A stretch of 64,000 nt of DNA, taken from the IMG/VR virus record IMGVR_UViG_3300025660_000003, positions 1-64,000 of that record. One strand, 5' to 3'. Position 1 is the first letter of the stretch. Every line of letters starts with the position of its first letter. Below the pieces are notes generated by a model. It was not told the DNA's origin. It searched no databases and was given only the letters and a program-made list of their open reading frames with translations. The translations under genes were made by a program, and so were the position numbers. Shown in pieces: positions 61,885-64,000 of this stretch. This stretch comes from a virus.

Positions 61885-64000
61885 TGGCTGCTTACCCAGA
61901 GTTCCGAGGCCCGGACGGCACGCTCCGGCAGAAGTTCATCCTGTCCACGACCCTCCCCGACCAGGTGTTCACCGGGACCATGCCCACGGACACGGTGGAC
62001 ATGCAGGTCTCCGTCCGGGGTGGGGCGTTCACCAGCGACCCGGACTACATCACCTTCGAGGGGACTGGCTTCACGGTCCCGAACCCGTCCGCCTTCCCTG
62101 ACGGTCTCCAGCTCCTTCCGGGTGGCAACGAGATCAAGGTCAAGGCCATCCTCTCCACAGGGGCGGTCACGCAGGAGGCGGTGCTCCAGGCCAACCTCTC
62201 GCTGGAAGCAGACATCGGGGAGCTGGCCGACCCGCCGACCGGCATCTTCTTGGAGCGGTTCAACTCGACGGTGACGGTGACCGTCGAGGGTCTGACCAGC
62301 TCGACCGTCGCGGGCTACCACTTCTACGCCTCCACTCAGCCGGGTGGCGGTGACGTGGGGTACTTCCGCATCAACCCGTCGCTGGTCATCTCCGGCGAGG
62401 TGGTGGAGGCCACGGACGCCCTGGCGACCCTCTCGGTGGACGCGAGCATCGTGCTCGACTCCGAGGGATTCCACGCGGCCGACCCCTTGAACTTCCGGTT
62501 CAAGGGCACGCAGGAGGACGCGGACGACCTGGTGCTCGGCACGAACTTCGATGAGCTGCTGGAGGTCCCGGAGACGGCCAGCAAGCTCCGCATCGCGACG
62601 ACCATCCAGACGGTGCGGGAGACGCAGCAGTACAGCTTCGAGCACGACCGTCAGGCATCGCTGGAGAGCGCCAACCCGGCCCTCCCACACGCTGACCTGG
62701 CCACGGTGCCGGAGACCGACCCGCTCTACTACGTCGCCACGGCCATCCACATCATCAACGGCGAGGAGGTCGAGAGCTTCTTCAGCCCGGAGGTGCTGGG
62801 GGCTCCCCTGCGCATCACCCCGACCGTGGGCTCATTCCCGCAGGTGACCCGTCAGCAGATGGTCAGAGGGGCGGTCCTCTCCATCTACCGGAGCCAGCCG
62901 CAGGTTCGGGTGGACCCGGGCTCAGCTCTGCGGGACACGTTCATCGACCCCTTCACGACCGAGACGGATCGTGTCCGGTTCATCGTGGACTTCTTGCACA
63001 ACGCGATGAGCTTCCCGACGTTGCTGCTCATCGACGACCCCGGCTTCACAGGCACGTCGATCCCCGTCGCGCAGTCGTCGTACAAGACGGCCTTGCGGGA
63101 GGCGTTCTTCCTGACCTCGGACGCACAGGTCCAGACGATCATCGACAACGCCTTCGACAAGCTCGCCAGCAACTACGGCGTCATCCGGGACGGCGGCAAG
63201 CGAGCCAGAGGCGAGGTCACATTCTTCGTGACCAACCGGCCCACGACCTCCATCACGAAGACCATCGGGACCATCTGCATCGGCGGCGGGGTGAACTTCC
63301 GCACCACATCCACGGCGGTCATCTCGTCCACGGGAGCCTCCCGGAACTTCAATCCGTCCACGGGCCGCTACTTCGGCCGGGCCTTCATCCAGGCGGACGT
63401 GGCTGGGTCGGCGGGCAACTTGTCCGAGGGGCAGGTCTCGGTCATCTCCAACAACACGTTGAACGTCCAGGTGACCAACGAGTCCCGGACCTTCGGCGGC
63501 ACCGACAGGCAGTCGAACCGCGACCTCGCCCTCGAAGCCATGCGGGTCATCGCCTCCGTGGATTCCGGCACCCGCATGGGGTACGTGGACACCGCCATCA
63601 AGACGCCCGGCGTCGAGCAGGTGAGCGTCATCGAGGCAGGCAACCCCCTGATGATGAGGGACCGCACGGATGCCGGACGCCACGTCGGCGGCAAGGTGGA
63701 CATCTACTTGCGGGGCAGCTCAGAGGCCAAGGTCACGGACTCGTTCGCCTTCGGCTTCCAGACTCGTCAGGCCCAGCAGTTCGAGCCGGTCGGCGACCTG
63801 GCGACTCTTCGCTTCAGGGCGGTGGACCCGGCCCTCTCCGAAGAAAACCCGCTCATCGAGATGCTGGACCTGCCCAGCATCGATCTGGTGTTCGAGAACG
63901 CCAGCAAGAGCCAGGTCTTCGACCTGACCAACGTGGTCTACGCCTCGTTCGATGAGATCCAGCTCGACACGACCCTCAACGACCCCACGATCCACGACCT
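61884..64000 (+). CDS. Baseplate J-like wedge protein, runs off the right end
   Basis: ATG 61884 overlaps the previous stop; open frame with DKLASNYGVIR...ARGEVTF...GSAGN...VTNESRTFGGTDRQSN...GGKVDIY. Absent from the ORF track because it has no stop in the window. Confidence 0.88.
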   Translation, partial: MAAYPEFRGPDGTLRQKFILSTTLPDQVFTGTMPTDTVDMQVSVRGGAFTSDPDYITFEGTGFTVPNPSAFPDGLQLLPGGNEIKVKAILSTGAVTQEAVLQANLSLEADIGELADPPTGIFLERFNSTVTVTVEGLTSSTVAGYHFYASTQPGGGDVGYFRINPSLVISGEVVEATDALATLSVDASIVLDSEGFHAADPLNFRFKGTQEDADDLVLGTNFDELLEVPETASKLRIATTIQTVRETQQYSFEHDRQASLESANPALPHADLATVPETDPLYYVATAIHIINGEEVESFFSPEVLGAPLRITPTVGSFPQVTRQQMVRGAVLSIYRSQPQVRVDPGSALRDTFIDPFTTETDRVRFIVDFLHNAMSFPTLLLIDDPGFTGTSIPVAQSSYKTALREAFFLTSDAQVQTIIDNAFDKLASNYGVIRDGGKRARGEVTFFVTNRPTTSITKTIGTICIGGGVNFRTTSTAVISSTGASRNFNPSTGRYFGRAFIQADVAGSAGNLSEGQVSVISNNTLNVQVTNESRTFGGTDRQSNRDLALEAMRVIASVDSGTRMGYVDTAIKTPGVEQVSVIEAGNPLMMRDRTDAGRHVGGKVDIYLRGSSEAKVTDSFAFGFQTRQAQQFEPVGDLATLRFRAVDPALSEENPLIEMLDLPSIDLVFENASKSQVFDLTNVVYASFDEIQLDTTLNDPTIHD

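Larger units (their letters stand above)
1..64000. other. Segment of a large contractile-tailed (jumbo-type) phage genome
   Basis: Sheath, tube, tape measure, hub, spike, gp25-like and baseplate-J-like genes in myovirus order, plus thyX, neck proteins and many small ORFans; densely packed with ATGA/TGATG overlaps; structural proteins unusually large. Confidence 0.93.

Noticed and set aside
1-64000. Extracellular contractile injection system, tailocin or T6SS instead of a phage
   Set aside because: Neck/head-closure genes, thyX, phage-type small ORFans and dedicated promoter motifs fit a phage; no eCIS AAA ATPase or T6SS membrane complex is seen.
1-64000. Alternative genetic code (stop reassignment) as in some large phages
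   Set aside because: Long genes are intact under the standard bacterial code, and TAG, TGA and TAA all end genes at sensible boundaries.

Overview
A 64-kb, high-GC segment of a large (jumbo-type) myophage genome. No capsid, terminase, integrase, tRNA, rRNA or CRISPR array is visible. The left end holds non-structural genes (PP-loop/PAPS-reductase-like protein, T5orf172/GIY-YIG protein, thyX). Next comes a + strand late block: an overlapped spanin-like pair implying a diderm host, neck proteins, an actin-fold ATPase inside the neck genes, an FmdB-type Zn ribbon and a 1769-aa tail sheath. A ~10.8-kb non-structural island separates sheath from tube; it carries a GHKL/MORC-like ATPase, a tandem winged-helix protein, a MerR-HTH/VIT-vWA operon, a PLD (HKD) nuclease and a double-HTH protein. 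The remainder is a >35-kb tail/baseplate operon: tube, two chaperones, tape measure, two tube initiators, a hub with an M15 peptidase insert, spike, a 3710-aa giant protein, gp25-like and baseplate-J-like proteins. The non-coding DNA shows seven exact copies of a promoter-like motif GGCTCAG-N16-GTAGT before non-structural genes, and a T-N7-CTAT-N12/13-GT motif mostly before late genes. It also shows two sigma70-like leaderless promoters with palindromic operators, a perfect 14-bp hairpin burying the nuclease RBS, and a covarying hairpin element repeated in tandem in two long late leaders. Product calls come from motifs and gene order by eye; no database search was run.
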